Source: a virus (Duplodnaviria; Heunggongvirae; Uroviricota; Caudoviricetes). From it: a DNA stretch of 64,000 nt. The stretch is from IMG/VR virus record IMGVR_UViG_2681813233_000007, one strand, 5' to 3'. Made by a program: the position numbers and the translations under genes. The notes beneath the pieces were generated by a model. The model saw nothing but the letters and a program-made list of their open reading frames with translations, did no database searches and was not told where the DNA came from. Of the stretch, positions 9,977-20,419 are shown one piece after another (the first letter of the stretch is position 1; each line of letters begins with the position of its first letter).

Positions 9977-11063
9977 AAACATCACCGAATTACCAGAGTG
10001 GAGAGAGCTGGTAAGCAAATATAGCCATGACTGGGCATTAGCAGCAGAAGAGTTGATGGGTGTTAAGTTAACCCACCAGCAAAAGCTAATTGTTGAGGCG
10101 ATTCAACAAAAAGGTTCAGCAGTCAGCGTCACCACTCCTGAAGGGATAGGCCAAAAGACGGTTATCGCTATAATTAGTATTCTTTATACAATCCTGATGC
10201 CTGAGTCTAAAACGGTTATTGTTTCCCCAAAGTTCTATAATTGTCGCAGGCAAGTTATCCAATACATAAGTACGTATTGGGATAGAGTCAGTAACAGAAT
10301 CCCATTGCTGGGAGAATATTTTAAAGTCGATGGAAACGGCATCAATCATCGTTACCGGGAATATTGGGGCTGCGAAATTAAGCCATATCACCGAAATTAT
10401 GAGGAAGGTTTCGGTGGATATTATGCTGAACATCTTTTAATCATTGTTACGGAGGCGGCTCTTGCTGGCGATCGGCTATTCAGCATGTTAAGAGCATCGT
10501 TAGTAAGTGACGATTCACGTATACTTTTAATGTCCGCTCCTTCAGAGGAGGAGCATGGACACTTTTACGATTCCCATCATGGTCGTGCTAAATCAGAAGA
10601 AAATCCATGTGGTATTTATACAGCCATCAAGCTGAACGCAGAAGATACCCCCATTATTTCTCAAGGTTATCTTGATAACATTGCAGAAATATATGGTGGT
10701 AAAAACAGCGATTACTACCGTCGTATGATTCTTGGTGAGTTTCCTGGTATTAGGGAGGCTGTTCTTGAATCAGATATGCCGAAGACAATGCGCTTTTCGA
10801 TGCCTGATGGTAGTGAATGGATAATGCCATTACGAGTGATAGCCCGGCATCATGCACAGCACCACGCCAAAAAACATGGCGTTACAACATTGGAGTGGTT
10901 GAAATCGCACACCATTCCACTCTTCACTGCAGATCACAATGCTATCGTTGAGTGGGCAAAAACAATTCCGTGGGAGAATGTTGCTGAATACGCCCACATG
11001 CTAAAACCGCCGAAAGACAGGCAAGAAATTAGCTGGCTGACAGCAGAAAAAATCATTGAGTGA
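9957..11063 (+). CDS. terminase large-subunit ATPase-domain paralogue with degenerate Walker motifs
   Basis: Alignable to 3069..4577 over ~250 aa (HQQ..I, LLII, HGHFYDSHHGRAK vs SGYFYDSHHSQAK, YGG....Y.....LG.FP); Walker A lysine replaced (GIGQKT), Walker B D replaced (IIVTEA); no nuclease domain. Confidence 0.7.
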   Translation: MLMLTPKNITELPEWRELVSKYSHDWALAAEELMGVKLTHQQKLIVEAIQQKGSAVSVTTPEGIGQKTVIAIISILYTILMPESKTVIVSPKFYNCRRQVIQYISTYWDRVSNRIPLLGEYFKVDGNGINHRYREYWGCEIKPYHRNYEEGFGGYYAEHLLIIVTEAALAGDRLFSMLRASLVSDDSRILLMSAPSEEEHGHFYDSHHGRAKSEENPCGIYTAIKLNAEDTPIISQGYLDNIAEIYGGKNSDYYRRMILGEFPGIREAVLESDMPKTMRFSMPDGSEWIMPLRVIARHHAQHHAKKHGVTTLEWLKSHTIPLFTADHNAIVEWAKTIPWENVAEYAHMLKPPKDRQEISWLTAEKIIE

Positions 11064-11070
11064 TAGTAGG

Positions 11071-11100
11071 AAGCCCGCCTGGTTGAGCGGGCTTCTTTTC
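11071..11100. terminator. hairpin between convergent genes
   Basis: AAGCCCGC-loop-GCGGGCTT followed by CTTTTC. Confidence 0.45.
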
Positions 11101-11479
11101 AAATATTGGAACCATATAGTTCACGTAGTTTTTCCGCTACTGAAGATACGGGGATTTCACCAGTTGCAGCCCCCACCGCAAGTTCCACCAGCACGGGAGA
11201 ATCATATACCTGTATACCGTTACGGCGTAGAAATAGCAGCGCACTGTTTAGCGCGGTACGCTTATTGGCATCATTGAATATATGCCCTCTCGCAGTAGCC
11301 ACCAGGTAGGTTGCGGAGACTTCGAAAAGGTCGGTGATCTCTTCGTAGGCAACTCTGGCCTGAACTCTCCCGATAATGGCCTCTGCCCTACCCGGATCTG
11401 ACATTCCCGGCAGGCCGCCGTAGCGGCTTATATTCGCATCATGAAGCGCAATAAGTTCTTCCGGTGATATATGCCTCAT
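11099..11479 (-). CDS. doc: Doc toxin (Fic-fold kinase) of phd-doc addiction module
   Basis: 126 aa, near-identical to P1 Doc as recalled ([39 protein letters not shown]...). Confidence 0.95.
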
Positions 11480-11700
11480 TATCGGTTAACCAGTTCCTTG
11501 TTGGTGGAGTCCAGGGTGTCAAACAGGGATGCAAATTCAGCATCCAGCGCCGCCTTTTTGTAGGCTTCGAAAGTAGCCTTGCTGACAATTACTGCTGGTT
11601 CACGGCCTCTGCGGGTGATTTCAACCTCTTCCCCGGCTTCAACATTGTTGAGCAATTCAGAAAGGTTGCCGCGCGCGGTACGGAAGTTAATGGACTGCAT
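11479..11700 (-). CDS. phd: Phd antitoxin
   Basis: [15 protein letters not shown]...; start taken at third codon of the track ORF to match the 73-aa Phd; stop overlaps doc start. Confidence 0.9.
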
Positions 11701-11772
11701 AAACACCTCGTGTACTCGTTATGTGTACACAATCATAAACTTCACAGGCATAAAGCACCAGCACTTTGCAGC

Positions 11773-12162
11773 TTAAATGACCGGACAATCATCAAACTCC
11801 CCACTTCGGGCATCATTGATGACATGAGTGATCACACCAAAAACAGCATTACTACCCGTGTAACCATCGTCATCTACTGGTAACGCCTCTTTCTTCCCGG
11901 TGCTTAAATCCTCCAGGTGCTGGCGCGGATACTTTCGGTATCTCTTTATGCGATATTCACCCTCCATAGCGCACACAAGCAGCGAACCATCAACTGGAGT
12001 AAGCGAAGAATCAACCACCAGCAAAGCACCCTGCAATATTCCCTCACGGTGATGGCTGTCTGCCGCCCGCATGAAGTATGTCGCTGATGGATGCCTGATT
12101 AGTTGCTGATCAAGAGAAATTCTGCTTTCAACATAGTCCGCCGCAGGAGAAGGGAAGCCCAT
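11773..12162 (-). CDS. humD: UmuD'-like S24 peptidase-fold protein (HumD)
   Basis: 129 aa, LexA/UmuD C-terminal-domain-like; position just upstream of phd as in P1. Confidence 0.8.
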   Translation of the reverse strand: MGFPSPAADYVESRISLDQQLIRHPSATYFMRAADSHHREGILQGALLVVDSSLTPVDGSLLVCAMEGEYRIKRYRKYPRQHLEDLSTGKKEALPVDDDGYTGSNAVFGVITHVINDARSGEFDDCPVI

Positions 12163-12249
12163 AGCGTTTTCACCTCAATAATACTGTTCATTTATACAGT
12201 ATACATTAAAGAGACACCTTTGGTGCAAACGCGTTATCGCCGGTCATCA

Positions 12250-12534
12250 TTAACTCCTACATTCAGGGCAAGAGTTCCCTTCCGCAAAATAGGGGAAACT
12301 GCTATCAAGCTCATCACACCATCTGCGATGGTCGTAGCACCAAAACGCCTCCCACGGTGCACGGAAATACTTCATCCACCAGGACACTCGATCAGGTATA
12401 TCTGCTGGTGGCAGCTCTTCTGGCAATAATTTGCCTGATAATTCCCTTTCCGCCCGCGCCAGCATTCCTTTTAGACTCGCATTCTCTTTTTCAAGAATCT
12501 CTATGCGCGCCTGTAACTCAGCTTTCGTTGGCAT
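12250..12534 (-). CDS. hypothetical protein
   Basis: Track ORF trimmed to internal ATG with GAGG RBS (MPTKAELQARIEILEKE...); coiled-coil N-terminus. Confidence 0.4.
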   Translation of the reverse strand: MPTKAELQARIEILEKENASLKGMLARAERELSGKLLPEELPPADIPDRVSWWMKYFRAPWEAFWCYDHRRWCDELDSSFPYFAEGNSCPECRS

Positions 12535-13285
12535 GGTCCGCCTCATGTTTATCAGCCACCAGCGGCAATAAAGCCTTCGCCATTTCATGAACCAACATGG
12601 CATCAATGACGCCTAGCGTATGGCCCGGCTTAATCTTTAATGCGGCCTCAAGATAGCCTCTTTCCAGAGTGGTTTTTACGCTTTTCCTGGGCGCTTGTTG
12701 GGAACTATCCGGAAAATCCGGATGGTTCCCAGCCTCATAAGCTACCCGCAACCAGTGCATGAATGTTTCCGCAGACACACAACCGCAGTCCACATCGATT
12801 TTCCCGCGTTGCTGTTCCAGCCATTGCTCAAAATCTAACTTGTAAGCCTTACTTTCAGACTTAACTTTCTGAGACGCTATGCGAGCTGCTTCATACTGTT
12901 CACGAGTGACAACCGATGTAAACGCACTGCGATCAAGGTCACTGATATCGCAAATAATGCCATCAATGGAATAATTCTTTGATGATTGGTAATTTTTATG
13001 GCGCGTACCAAAAAGAACCGTAGCGCGACTACTACCTGGCATCGTAATGGATAGATGGCAAAAATCTTTTCCATCAGGCCATCCACGCCCCTTAGATAAT
13101 TCCTTCACTAACAAGTCAATCAGTGTCATAGCTTTACCATCCTTGCAAGGCGCTAAAGCTATTTTGGCAAGCTCCAATACTTCATCTGCTGTGTATCCAG
13201 CACCGTGACCATACATTTCGATACGGGAAATAATATCTGAAATACGCTCTTTAGTGATTCTTGTCATAGTTTTATTTCCTTGCAT
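12518..13285 (-). CDS. hypothetical protein
   Basis: ORF track, 255 aa. Confidence 0.5.
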   Translation of the reverse strand: MQGNKTMTRITKERISDIISRIEMYGHGAGYTADEVLELAKIALAPCKDGKAMTLIDLLVKELSKGRGWPDGKDFCHLSITMPGSSRATVLFGTRHKNYQSSKNYSIDGIICDISDLDRSAFTSVVTREQYEAARIASQKVKSESKAYKLDFEQWLEQQRGKIDVDCGCVSAETFMHWLRVAYEAGNHPDFPDSSQQAPRKSVKTTLERGYLEAALKIKPGHTLGVIDAMLVHEMAKALLPLVADKHEADHANES

Positions 13286-13473
13286 GGTTCGCCTTTACGG
13301 CAAACAGCTACACGGTCATTTCTTACATTAACCACAGTCACCGTTCCGTCATCGCATTGAATAACGATGAAAGGGTGTTCATTCTCTTTTGTGCAATGTT
13401 GCTGTTCCCCTGCTGTAACAGTGAGGGGAATTAATAAAATAATAATTACTGCGAATTTACTAAATGTTGCCAT
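13264..13473 (-). CDS. small secreted protein (signal-peptide-like N-terminus)
   Basis: ORF track; hydrophobic N-terminus, four Cys. Confidence 0.4.
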   Translation of the reverse strand: MATFSKFAVIIILLIPLTVTAGEQQHCTKENEHPFIVIQCDDGTVTVVNVRNDRVAVCRKGEPCKEIKL

Positions 13474-13497
13474 AGCAATCTTTCTTTCTGTTTTTCA

Positions 13498-13791
13498 TTA
13501 TGGTTGAATCCAGTTATCTTCAATAGCAATGCTCAATCTTTGTAACCATTCTGCTAATTTCAGCATTGCTTCTCTTTCGCTTAAACCACGAGGAAAATCA
13601 TCAAGCGATATTGTTGGCTTGAAGTTTCCCAAATTATCCATTTCAACGGTCAGATTTTGCTCCAGCACGGTATTCCTTACGCGGCTATTGTGCCGAAGCA
13701 AATATACTGAACGTGATTTATTGGTTTTGTGGTCGAACGTATATTCGGTAAGTATCATCTGGCTTCCGCCATGATTATTACCGCGCCACAT
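13498..13791 (-). CDS. hypothetical protein
   Basis: ORF track. Confidence 0.45.
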   Translation of the reverse strand: MWRGNNHGGSQMILTEYTFDHKTNKSRSVYLLRHNSRVRNTVLEQNLTVEMDNLGNFKPTISLDDFPRGLSEREAMLKLAEWLQRLSIAIEDNWIQP

Positions 13792-14077
13792 AATTACTCC
13801 GTGTTAATTTTACCTTTATCGCGAACACCTTTACCGGTTTATCGCCGAAGTGCGGGTGTGTGATTATCTTGATTTCATAGCCGTCATACGGAACATCAAT
13901 TCTGCGGCTGGAATCGTCGCGCTTCGGATATCCCTTTGTGATAATCAGGCGGTCATACTTACGGTTAACGAGGCGCTTATTCCAGTAGTCATTACACAGG
14001 CGATACTCTTCCGTTTTCTCCCCGCGAATCATGGCATCGAAGTATTCACCTTTAACGGCAAGTTGCAGGTTAGCCAT
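13778..14077 (-). CDS. ASCH/PUA-like domain protein
   Basis: Start moved to internal ATG overlapping upstream stop; GEYFDAMIRGEKTEEYR motif. Confidence 0.45.
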   Translation of the reverse strand: MANLQLAVKGEYFDAMIRGEKTEEYRLCNDYWNKRLVNRKYDRLIITKGYPKRDDSSRRIDVPYDGYEIKIITHPHFGDKPVKVFAIKVKLTRSNYVAR

Positions 14078-14337
14078 TACCTCACCTCCAGTCTCCATAC
14101 CGCCTGACCAATCCGGCTGGCATGGGTATCTTTGGATACTGTTCCGTCTTTAGCCAGCTCCATAAGAATTTTGCGCAAATCTGCCGAACGCCATTCTTCA
14201 TCAGGAAATTCCTTCTCCATTGCCAACCGCAGATTCCAGGTTGCCATCCTGAATGGATATTCCCCGCCGAGAGCTTTATCTTGCAGGGCAGCCCGGGAAC
14301 GCATCACCTGCAAAACCTTCTCTTTTACATCCATCAT
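14077..14337 (-). CDS. hypothetical protein
   Basis: ORF track. Confidence 0.45.
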   Translation of the reverse strand: MMDVKEKVLQVMRSRAALQDKALGGEYPFRMATWNLRLAMEKEFPDEEWRSADLRKILMELAKDGTVSKDTHASRIGQAVWRLEVR

Positions 14338-14963
14338 TCCGCCTCCTGCGGCGGTTCTGGTAGCGGCATCCAGTGAGTTACTTTCGATGCCGGTTCTTCC
14401 CCATCGTCAGTAACTGCCCACCATTTGTTTCTCGACCAATCGTAATACCCTTCGAAGGTATTGCACTCAGTCCAGCCGTAAGACTTACCCCAACACCAAA
14501 CATACTGTTTATCGTTCGGCATTCGCTCACTACAGCTTATCCAACTATCCGGAATTACCGGAGAGTTGCCATTTACATCGAAGTTTGGTTCTGCGTCCTG
14601 AACTAGGAGGATGTAACCATTCTTGGCTGTATCAAGTTCTAACGCCTCGGTTACGGTACCGAAATAGCGATTACCTAAATCCGCATCACAAGTGCTTACA
14701 TCAATGGAAACCTCCATGCCTTCGATTAATTCTGGCAAGTTGTAAGTTTGGCTTACAGGCTCTGCTTCCAGTGATGCCAGTGCAATTCGTGCCAGCTCAC
14801 GCACAACTTCAGGGGGCGCGTAACGGTCATTCAGGTCATCCCACAGGCGTAGCATGTTATCGCTACCAGGGTGAACATCCTCGTTAGTTCCGGCAAGCGC
14901 ACTAATAACCTCATCGGCTGCTTCAATAATTTTCTGTGCCTGTTCTCTGGTAATAGTGGTCAT
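14334..14963 (-). CDS. DUF551-like phage protein
   Basis: C-terminal W-rich region ending VTHWMPLPEPP. Confidence 0.6.
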   Translation of the reverse strand: MTTITREQAQKIIEAADEVISALAGTNEDVHPGSDNMLRLWDDLNDRYAPPEVVRELARIALASLEAEPVSQTYNLPELIEGMEVSIDVSTCDADLGNRYFGTVTEALELDTAKNGYILLVQDAEPNFDVNGNSPVIPDSWISCSERMPNDKQYVWCWGKSYGWTECNTFEGYYDWSRNKWWAVTDDGEEPASKVTHWMPLPEPPQEAE

Positions 14964-15241
14964 TTGTTAATCCTTAAAACTTTATGCCCTGGCGCAAAAG
15001 CACGTGTTTTGTCTTTGCTTATTCGCCAGCCATCCTTACGTGCCTCTTTTGCACAGCCAGCCCATGACGTACCGATATATTCACCGAAGTCTGGTACTGG
15101 ATATACACCTTCCGTACACTGGCGGCAGTCACAATAGAGATGCATGGTGTAACTTGCGGCAATAGCCATATCACTCTCCTTTAGTACGCAAGTGGTTTTT
15201 CCAGCGGTTTTGCGCCGCGCTGGGCTTTTTGCAAAAACCAC
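14960..15241 (-). CDS. hypothetical Cys-rich protein
   Basis: ORF track; likely shorter true start. Confidence 0.4.
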   Translation of the reverse strand: MVFAKSPARRKTAGKTTCVLKESDMAIAASYTMHLYCDCRQCTEGVYPVPDFGEYIGTSWAGCAKEARKDGWRISKDKTRAFAPGHKVLRINK

Positions 15242-15531
15242 AATCCATCATCCCGTAATGTTTCATTAACCCCATCCGTCGGTTGCTGAGTCTCACCCAC
15301 TGCCAGACGCCAGGACCGTTTCTGCGAACTAATAGGATTTTTGCTTTACGGTTTTTCATCGCTTTGCTCTCCTGCGTTTCTTTGCTGCTCGTCGTGCCGC
15401 CGCAATACCTGTATGGCGGCGCTTTGGTGCCGGGATGATGTTGTCAGCCATCAGGACATGCGGCTTTGTAATTAGCGCAGAAGCCCAAAAACGAGTCGGA
15501 TACGGTAACAAGCCGATACATGCCACACGCA

Positions 15532-16011
15532 TTACTCACCTTCTTTGATGCGAATGCCTGCGGCGCGTGGCACATTAACTTCCACGATGCGCACTGTTGG
15601 TTTGTACATCTCAATCGCTGTCAGCCAGTCAGCGCCGGTCATACGCTTTTCTGCATCGCCATTAGTCCACTTAACCGGTACACCAATAGCCTTCATCGCA
15701 ATTTCTATTTCCCCGGCAATGGCGCTTTTCCCGCAACCAGTAAAACCAGATACAACGACAAGAACTTCGCCTTTTGCTGGTTTTATTTCCCGCGCCTCCA
15801 CCTCTGCAATTCGGCACATAGCATCGATATTTGTGTCTTCCTGGCGTTTAACTTCATCCAATAATGCCAACGCGATATCTGGCGAAAAGTGCTTCATAAA
15901 ATCGTTAAGCGCATTAATTCGCTGATCGAAAGGCATTACAGGCGCTTCACCAGCAATTTTTGTTTTTTCAGCAATTTCACGAAGCTTTTGATAGTCAATT
16001 TTGTTTGTCAT
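15532..16011 (-). CDS. hypothetical protein with P-loop-like GFTGCGKS motif
   Basis: ORF track; overlaps start of downstream gene. Confidence 0.5.
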   Translation of the reverse strand: MTNKIDYQKLREIAEKTKIAGEAPVMPFDQRINALNDFMKHFSPDIALALLDEVKRQEDTNIDAMCRIAEVEAREIKPAKGEVLVVVSGFTGCGKSAIAGEIEIAMKAIGVPVKWTNGDAEKRMTGADWLTAIEMYKPTVRIVEVNVPRAAGIRIKEGE

Positions 16012-16886
16012 GCCACTACCTCTTCGAATTTCAACTCCAATTGGTCACCCCAGATTTCACATGATTCGGAACACGAACCAGTATCAAACCGCTTGGCCTG
16101 CACCATCGCCTGATACAAATTTCTGTAGTCGCTGTCGGCATACATTCTGGCAATCCCGTCAAGCGTCAGGTGACCACGGTACATAACGTCTTTACCTGTT
16201 CTGCGATGACCATCCCTGACGTGTTTGCCTGTAACCAGTTCATTAAAAACCCGCATCAGACCTGGTTCGTCTTTACATGCAAGCCCCAGCTTTTGCGTTG
16301 ACTTTTTGATGCAAAAAACACAGTTCCCGAGGTGCTCCGGGATTTGCAAATCAAAAGGTTGTTTTCGCCACCACCGGATAACATCCGACTTATCAAAATC
16401 TGACAGCTCGGCAAGATACCGGACGCCCGGTTTCGGTTTCAGCCTACGGGGTTCGTCCGCACGAATACCCAGCCATGTGATGTAATTCCCTCGCCCAAAA
16501 TGGTCATCGCAATATTTCGTGAAAGGGGTGAGTTTTAGCCTGTCAGTACAGAACGCGCCGCCGATGTATGGCGTACCGTACTTTTTAACCATGTCCATAA
16601 ACGGTTTAAGCACCGGCATTCGCGTCTGAATATCCTTTGGTTCCCATTCCGTATAACCATTTGGCTGCCCAAGTTCTGGATTTATATCGACCTGCAACAC
16701 CGTTAGCGGTACATTCCAGAACTTCACAACCTCACGAATAAAGCGATACGTCAGAGGATGTTCACAGCCGGTATCCATAAAAATGAAATGGACGCTAGCG
16801 CCAGCTTTTCGCTGTGCTTCCATCAGATGAACGAGATAAGCCGATGTTCGTCCACCTGAAAAGCTGACGACTTGATGCATACTCAC
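16008..16886 (-). CDS. PAPS reductase family PP-loop protein
   Basis: N-terminal SFSGGRTSA PP-loop; C-terminal Cys cluster. Confidence 0.8.
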   Translation of the reverse strand: MSMHQVVSFSGGRTSAYLVHLMEAQRKAGASVHFIFMDTGCEHPLTYRFIREVVKFWNVPLTVLQVDINPELGQPNGYTEWEPKDIQTRMPVLKPFMDMVKKYGTPYIGGAFCTDRLKLTPFTKYCDDHFGRGNYITWLGIRADEPRRLKPKPGVRYLAELSDFDKSDVIRWWRKQPFDLQIPEHLGNCVFCIKKSTQKLGLACKDEPGLMRVFNELVTGKHVRDGHRRTGKDVMYRGHLTLDGIARMYADSDYRNLYQAMVQAKRFDTGSCSESCEIWGDQLELKFEEVVA

Positions 16887-16889
16887 GGT

Positions 16890-17582
16890 TTATTCCTGAA
16901 CGCGCTTAAACTCGATTACCCATACCCACGGGTTAGATAGCCAGTTATCCTGCCCGTAAATACTGCGCCAGATATCACCAAAACCAACGCGATAAACAGC
17001 TTCCGGCGGCGTAATTTTGTACATCGCCGGAGATGCGCCTTCTGCTTTAGCATCTGCCTCGCTCATATCACGCAGCCGTTCCACACGCACGTCGGTAATT
17101 TCCAGCAAAATGCGCGATGCCCAGCGCGGCATGTGAATTGATGGACGCCACCCGCCATCAAATTTTTCATTCACAGTGTGAGGTTTCCAGTCGGCATCAT
17201 CGGGTATCGACCACAAGCCGTAATCACCCGGCTTTTGCTCACAACTGGCCCGATAAATCCTTGCTGCGTTCTTCTCATCGCCACGACAAAGGTTGTCGTT
17301 CCAGTCCACACTGCAACCATCCTCATTGCCTAATATCGCCCACGCCTCACGGACCCATATGCGATCACCAACGTTACCGAACGGGCATAAACCATGTTCA
17401 GGTGCATCCATAACGTGGGTATAGACACCATTGCGTTTCTTGGTCGGTTTACGGATAACCAGGCAGTTATCGGCCCTGACATTTTTTACAGGTCGGCGAG
17501 TCTGCGTCTTCCTTCCTTCGAGGATGGCCCTGACCATCTCATCGTTAAAAATCATCCCGCGTTCTTTCATTTTTTGATCCAC
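16890..17582 (-). CDS. hypothetical protein (ASCH-like N-terminus)
   Basis: MIFNDEMVRAILEGRKTQTRRP N-terminal motif. Confidence 0.5.
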   Translation of the reverse strand: MDQKMKERGMIFNDEMVRAILEGRKTQTRRPVKNVRADNCLVIRKPTKKRNGVYTHVMDAPEHGLCPFGNVGDRIWVREAWAILGNEDGCSVDWNDNLCRGDEKNAARIYRASCEQKPGDYGLWSIPDDADWKPHTVNEKFDGGWRPSIHMPRWASRILLEITDVRVERLRDMSEADAKAEGASPAMYKITPPEAVYRVGFGDIWRSIYGQDNWLSNPWVWVIEFKRVQE

Positions 17583-17586
17583 CTCA

Positions 17587-18582
17587 TCAGTTATTGAACG
17601 TGATCACTCCGCGCTCGATGGCGAAGTCGAAAAGCTGGTTAGCTGCTACGTAAAGGCGTATGCCATGTGCTTTTTCCCATGCCCGGACATCGTTTTCTGC
17701 GCTTCTGGCGCAGTCATCGCAAAGAGGAACAGCCCAGCGGTCGTGTTCGTTTAACGAGCGGGCGCGGTACATGAATGGGTGATTAACCTTGCCGCCGCAG
17801 CCTACACACGGGCGAGACACCACAAACCGGAGATAAGCCGGGCTTTTTCCGAGTAAGGTTTTTGGACGGCGCATATATAGGAGGCCAGAATCTTCATCGA
17901 CGGACAGATTGACGATCTGCTCTGCGGAAATATCCACCAGCTCGCGGGTACTATGCTCCCAGGTAATATCCGACTCTTTCAGAGTGCCGGTAGGGATTTC
18001 AGTTTTTGGCTGACAAAATGCAATGCGACCAGCTTCATCAGGCAGTTCGTCTTTAAGATTCCGGCGAATGGCCCAAAAGGTGAGTTCAACCATGCTCAGA
18101 TCGCGATCTGGCGGAAGTTTTAACTCGCTGGCAGCCCAGTTCATAATCCAGTTGGCGCGATTCAGTGACAGTTGGTCTTCCAGCTTGCCGTATCCCTTCA
18201 TCATGTATTCCGCATCATGCTTCCAGCACAGGCGAACGGCAGAACCGTTATAGAAATGGGTGGTTAACTGGTGGCTGCAATCGCGCTTATCATGCGCCTG
18301 GCAATCGTGAATGTTGGTGCTAACCCAGTGAACGAGAGAATCCTCACCACCTAACGCGTTAAATACGCGCTCACTTTGAAAAAAGGGTGCCAGTGACTGG
18401 TTGGTAACCAGTGAATAATTCAGGTCAACGACACCATCAGGGGTGTTTTCAGCCTGTTCACGCGGCAATGGGGATATAAGAAAACGACGTCCTGCGCCGA
18501 TGTAATTGCTGGTGGGCTTATCTACAGGAAAGACAGCCACACCAGTTTCATTTACGACATATGGGGTGATTATTGCACTCAT
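17587..18582 (-). CDS. hypothetical protein with C-terminal CxxC zinc-ribbon
   Basis: CVGCGG ... CDDCAR. Confidence 0.5.
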   Translation of the reverse strand: MSAIITPYVVNETGVAVFPVDKPTSNYIGAGRRFLISPLPREQAENTPDGVVDLNYSLVTNQSLAPFFQSERVFNALGGEDSLVHWVSTNIHDCQAHDKRDCSHQLTTHFYNGSAVRLCWKHDAEYMMKGYGKLEDQLSLNRANWIMNWAASELKLPPDRDLSMVELTFWAIRRNLKDELPDEAGRIAFCQPKTEIPTGTLKESDITWEHSTRELVDISAEQIVNLSVDEDSGLLYMRRPKTLLGKSPAYLRFVVSRPCVGCGGKVNHPFMYRARSLNEHDRWAVPLCDDCARSAENDVRAWEKAHGIRLYVAANQLFDFAIERGVITFNN

Positions 18583-18680
18583 AATGCATACCGACTCTGT
18601 TTTGTTCCGAGCGGTAAAATAATATGTTAGAAAACTAAAATCAATGTTCTAACGCATTTTTGAGTGCGTAAGTGATTTGA

Positions 18681-19373
18681 TCAGACTTTAAGCTGCCCTC
18701 CCTTCACCTGCATTAGCGTCAGATTTCCGCAAAAAACCGCGCCCGTGTCTATGTAGTGCTGATTCCAGTATGCTTTTGGTCTTCGTACCGGTGTGTGCCC
18801 AAAGATAAAGCGATCTGCGCCTGTAATTTCTCCACCAATGCCATCTATCGAATCACCGACGCGACTGCGCGACCAGACAACATCAAAAAGCGACACATCC
18901 TTACCGAACTGGTACTCTCCACCTGGATAGTCGGCATGGGCTATAACGATAGTTTCATGCCCGGTGTTCAACTCAATGATATATGGCAGACGCTTTACCA
19001 GCTCCACCAGCGCCCTGGCTAATATTTCCTGATCAGCGTCCAGCATGAAGAACCATTGTCCGCCATTCATTAGCCAGTTATTCACGTTGCCATCAGGACT
19101 TAACGCATCGATCATTAATCGCTCGTGGTTTCCCATAACCGACCGAAACCAGGGCATCTGCAATAGCTCCAGGCATTCAACATTTTCGGTGCCGCGATCG
19201 ATAAGGTCGCCAACCGATATCAGTAAATCCTGCGCCGGGTCAAAATCCACACGATGGAGTTCGGACATCAGTCTGGTGTAGCAACCATGCAGATCACCAA
19301 CAACCCATATGTTTCTGTAGCCAGAACCATCAATACGGCTATATAAATTCACTTCATGCATAGCCTGTGTCAT
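18681..19373 (-). CDS. ppp: Ser/Thr protein phosphatase (lambda-PPase family)
   Basis: GDLHG, GDLIDRG, GNHE motifs. Confidence 0.85.
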   Translation of the reverse strand: MTQAMHEVNLYSRIDGSGYRNIWVVGDLHGCYTRLMSELHRVDFDPAQDLLISVGDLIDRGTENVECLELLQMPWFRSVMGNHERLMIDALSPDGNVNNWLMNGGQWFFMLDADQEILARALVELVKRLPYIIELNTGHETIVIAHADYPGGEYQFGKDVSLFDVVWSRSRVGDSIDGIGGEITGADRFIFGHTPVRRPKAYWNQHYIDTGAVFCGNLTLMQVKGGQLKV

Positions 19374-19681
19374 GCGGCAACCTTCTCACGCAGCCAGATA
19401 CAAACCGGACCATCTTCAGTGTCATGAATAGAGCCAACAAACCAGCCTTCACCCTCTGGTCGCTCAGGTTCCCAGGCGGCAATATCGGGACCAGCTGCGT
19501 CCAGATCAAAATCATCTTCATCCATACTGCGAATAGTCCACTGAAGATTATTTCCCTTCATCCAGGCGTCAAATTCCTCAGTGGAAATATATTCACGGCC
19601 TGCGCAAAACTTTTCATACTCCGGATGTGTCCAGCAGCCATATTCATCACGTTCTACCGGCATTTCTTTAATTGTGCTCAC
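19370..19681 (-). CDS. hypothetical protein
   Basis: ORF track, coupled. Confidence 0.45.
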   Translation of the reverse strand: MSTIKEMPVERDEYGCWTHPEYEKFCAGREYISTEEFDAWMKGNNLQWTIRSMDEDDFDLDAAGPDIAAWEPERPEGEGWFVGSIHDTEDGPVCIWLREKVAA

Positions 19682-19902
19682 TCTTCATCCTCCAAATCGG
19701 CAACGGCCTCCATCACATCAGAACCGCGAATAAACTCAAAAGCACGGCAAGCCATTTCAAACACCTGTTGTTCTTGCGGATGCGGTGACTCCCAATACTT
19801 AAAACCAGGTCGATGCTCGTAACCCATCATGGAATAAAAATCGCCAGCAAGTTCAATCGCGGCATCAACAAGTTCGCGATTTGTCATCGTCTGTTCTGTC
19901 AT
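19678..19902 (-). CDS. hypothetical protein
   Basis: ORF track, coupled. Confidence 0.45.
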   Translation of the reverse strand: MTEQTMTNRELVDAAIELAGDFYSMMGYEHRPGFKYWESPHPQEQQVFEMACRAFEFIRGSDVMEAVADLEDEE

Positions 19903-20174
19903 TTTGTTTTCTCCTGTCTGAACATCACTATCATCAGGTCGCCTTTTGTCGCTATCCTGGCTGTTGTGCCTGGTTCTATGCGGCTAAGTTCAAATGCGTC
20001 ATAGAACGCTTCTAATGCCTTCTGGCGTAGTTCCTGTTTGCGCCGTTTTTTCCACTGTTTTAGGAAAATGGAACCCAGCCATCGCCATGTACTGGACATG
20101 ATGTAAAGCCAACCGAGAAGTGCCAGTCCGGTATTTAGGGCCGTATCGATCGTTATCGTGGTGTCGATATTCAC
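19899..20174 (-). CDS. hypothetical membrane protein
   Basis: ORF track; one hydrophobic helix. Confidence 0.45.
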   Translation of the reverse strand: MNIDTTITIDTALNTGLALLGWLYIMSSTWRWLGSIFLKQWKKRRKQELRQKALEAFYDAFELSRIEPGTTARIATKGDLMIVMFRQEKTK

Positions 20175-20419
20175 TGTGGAGGCTCCTGCTTTTCTGCCTT
20201 CAATACCATGCGAGAACCATCATCCAGCTCCCAATTAATTTCACCGCCTTCAGCCATGACTAGATGCCAAACGAGTTGTGCGGCCTCGTTGGTTACATCG
20301 CGACCGCGATCATTGCCGACACGACGTTTTGTTCCATCCCCTAAGTCACGCATTTTTGCCAACACGATTGTTTTTGATAGCGGTGAAAAACCAAGCTGTA
20401 GTCGTGCTGAATTGCTCAC
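20171..20419 (-). CDS. hypothetical protein
   Basis: ORF track. Confidence 0.45.
   Translation of the reverse strand: MSNSARLQLGFSPLSKTIVLAKMRDLGDGTKRRVGNDRGRDVTNEAAQLVWHLVMAEGGEINWELDDGSRMVLKAEKQEPPQ

Noticed and set aside
12535-12606. N-terminal extension of the 12250 ORF (MMPCWFMKWRRLYCRWW...)
   Set aside because: Overlaps the upstream gene and lacks an RBS; the internal ATG with GAGG is the likelier start.
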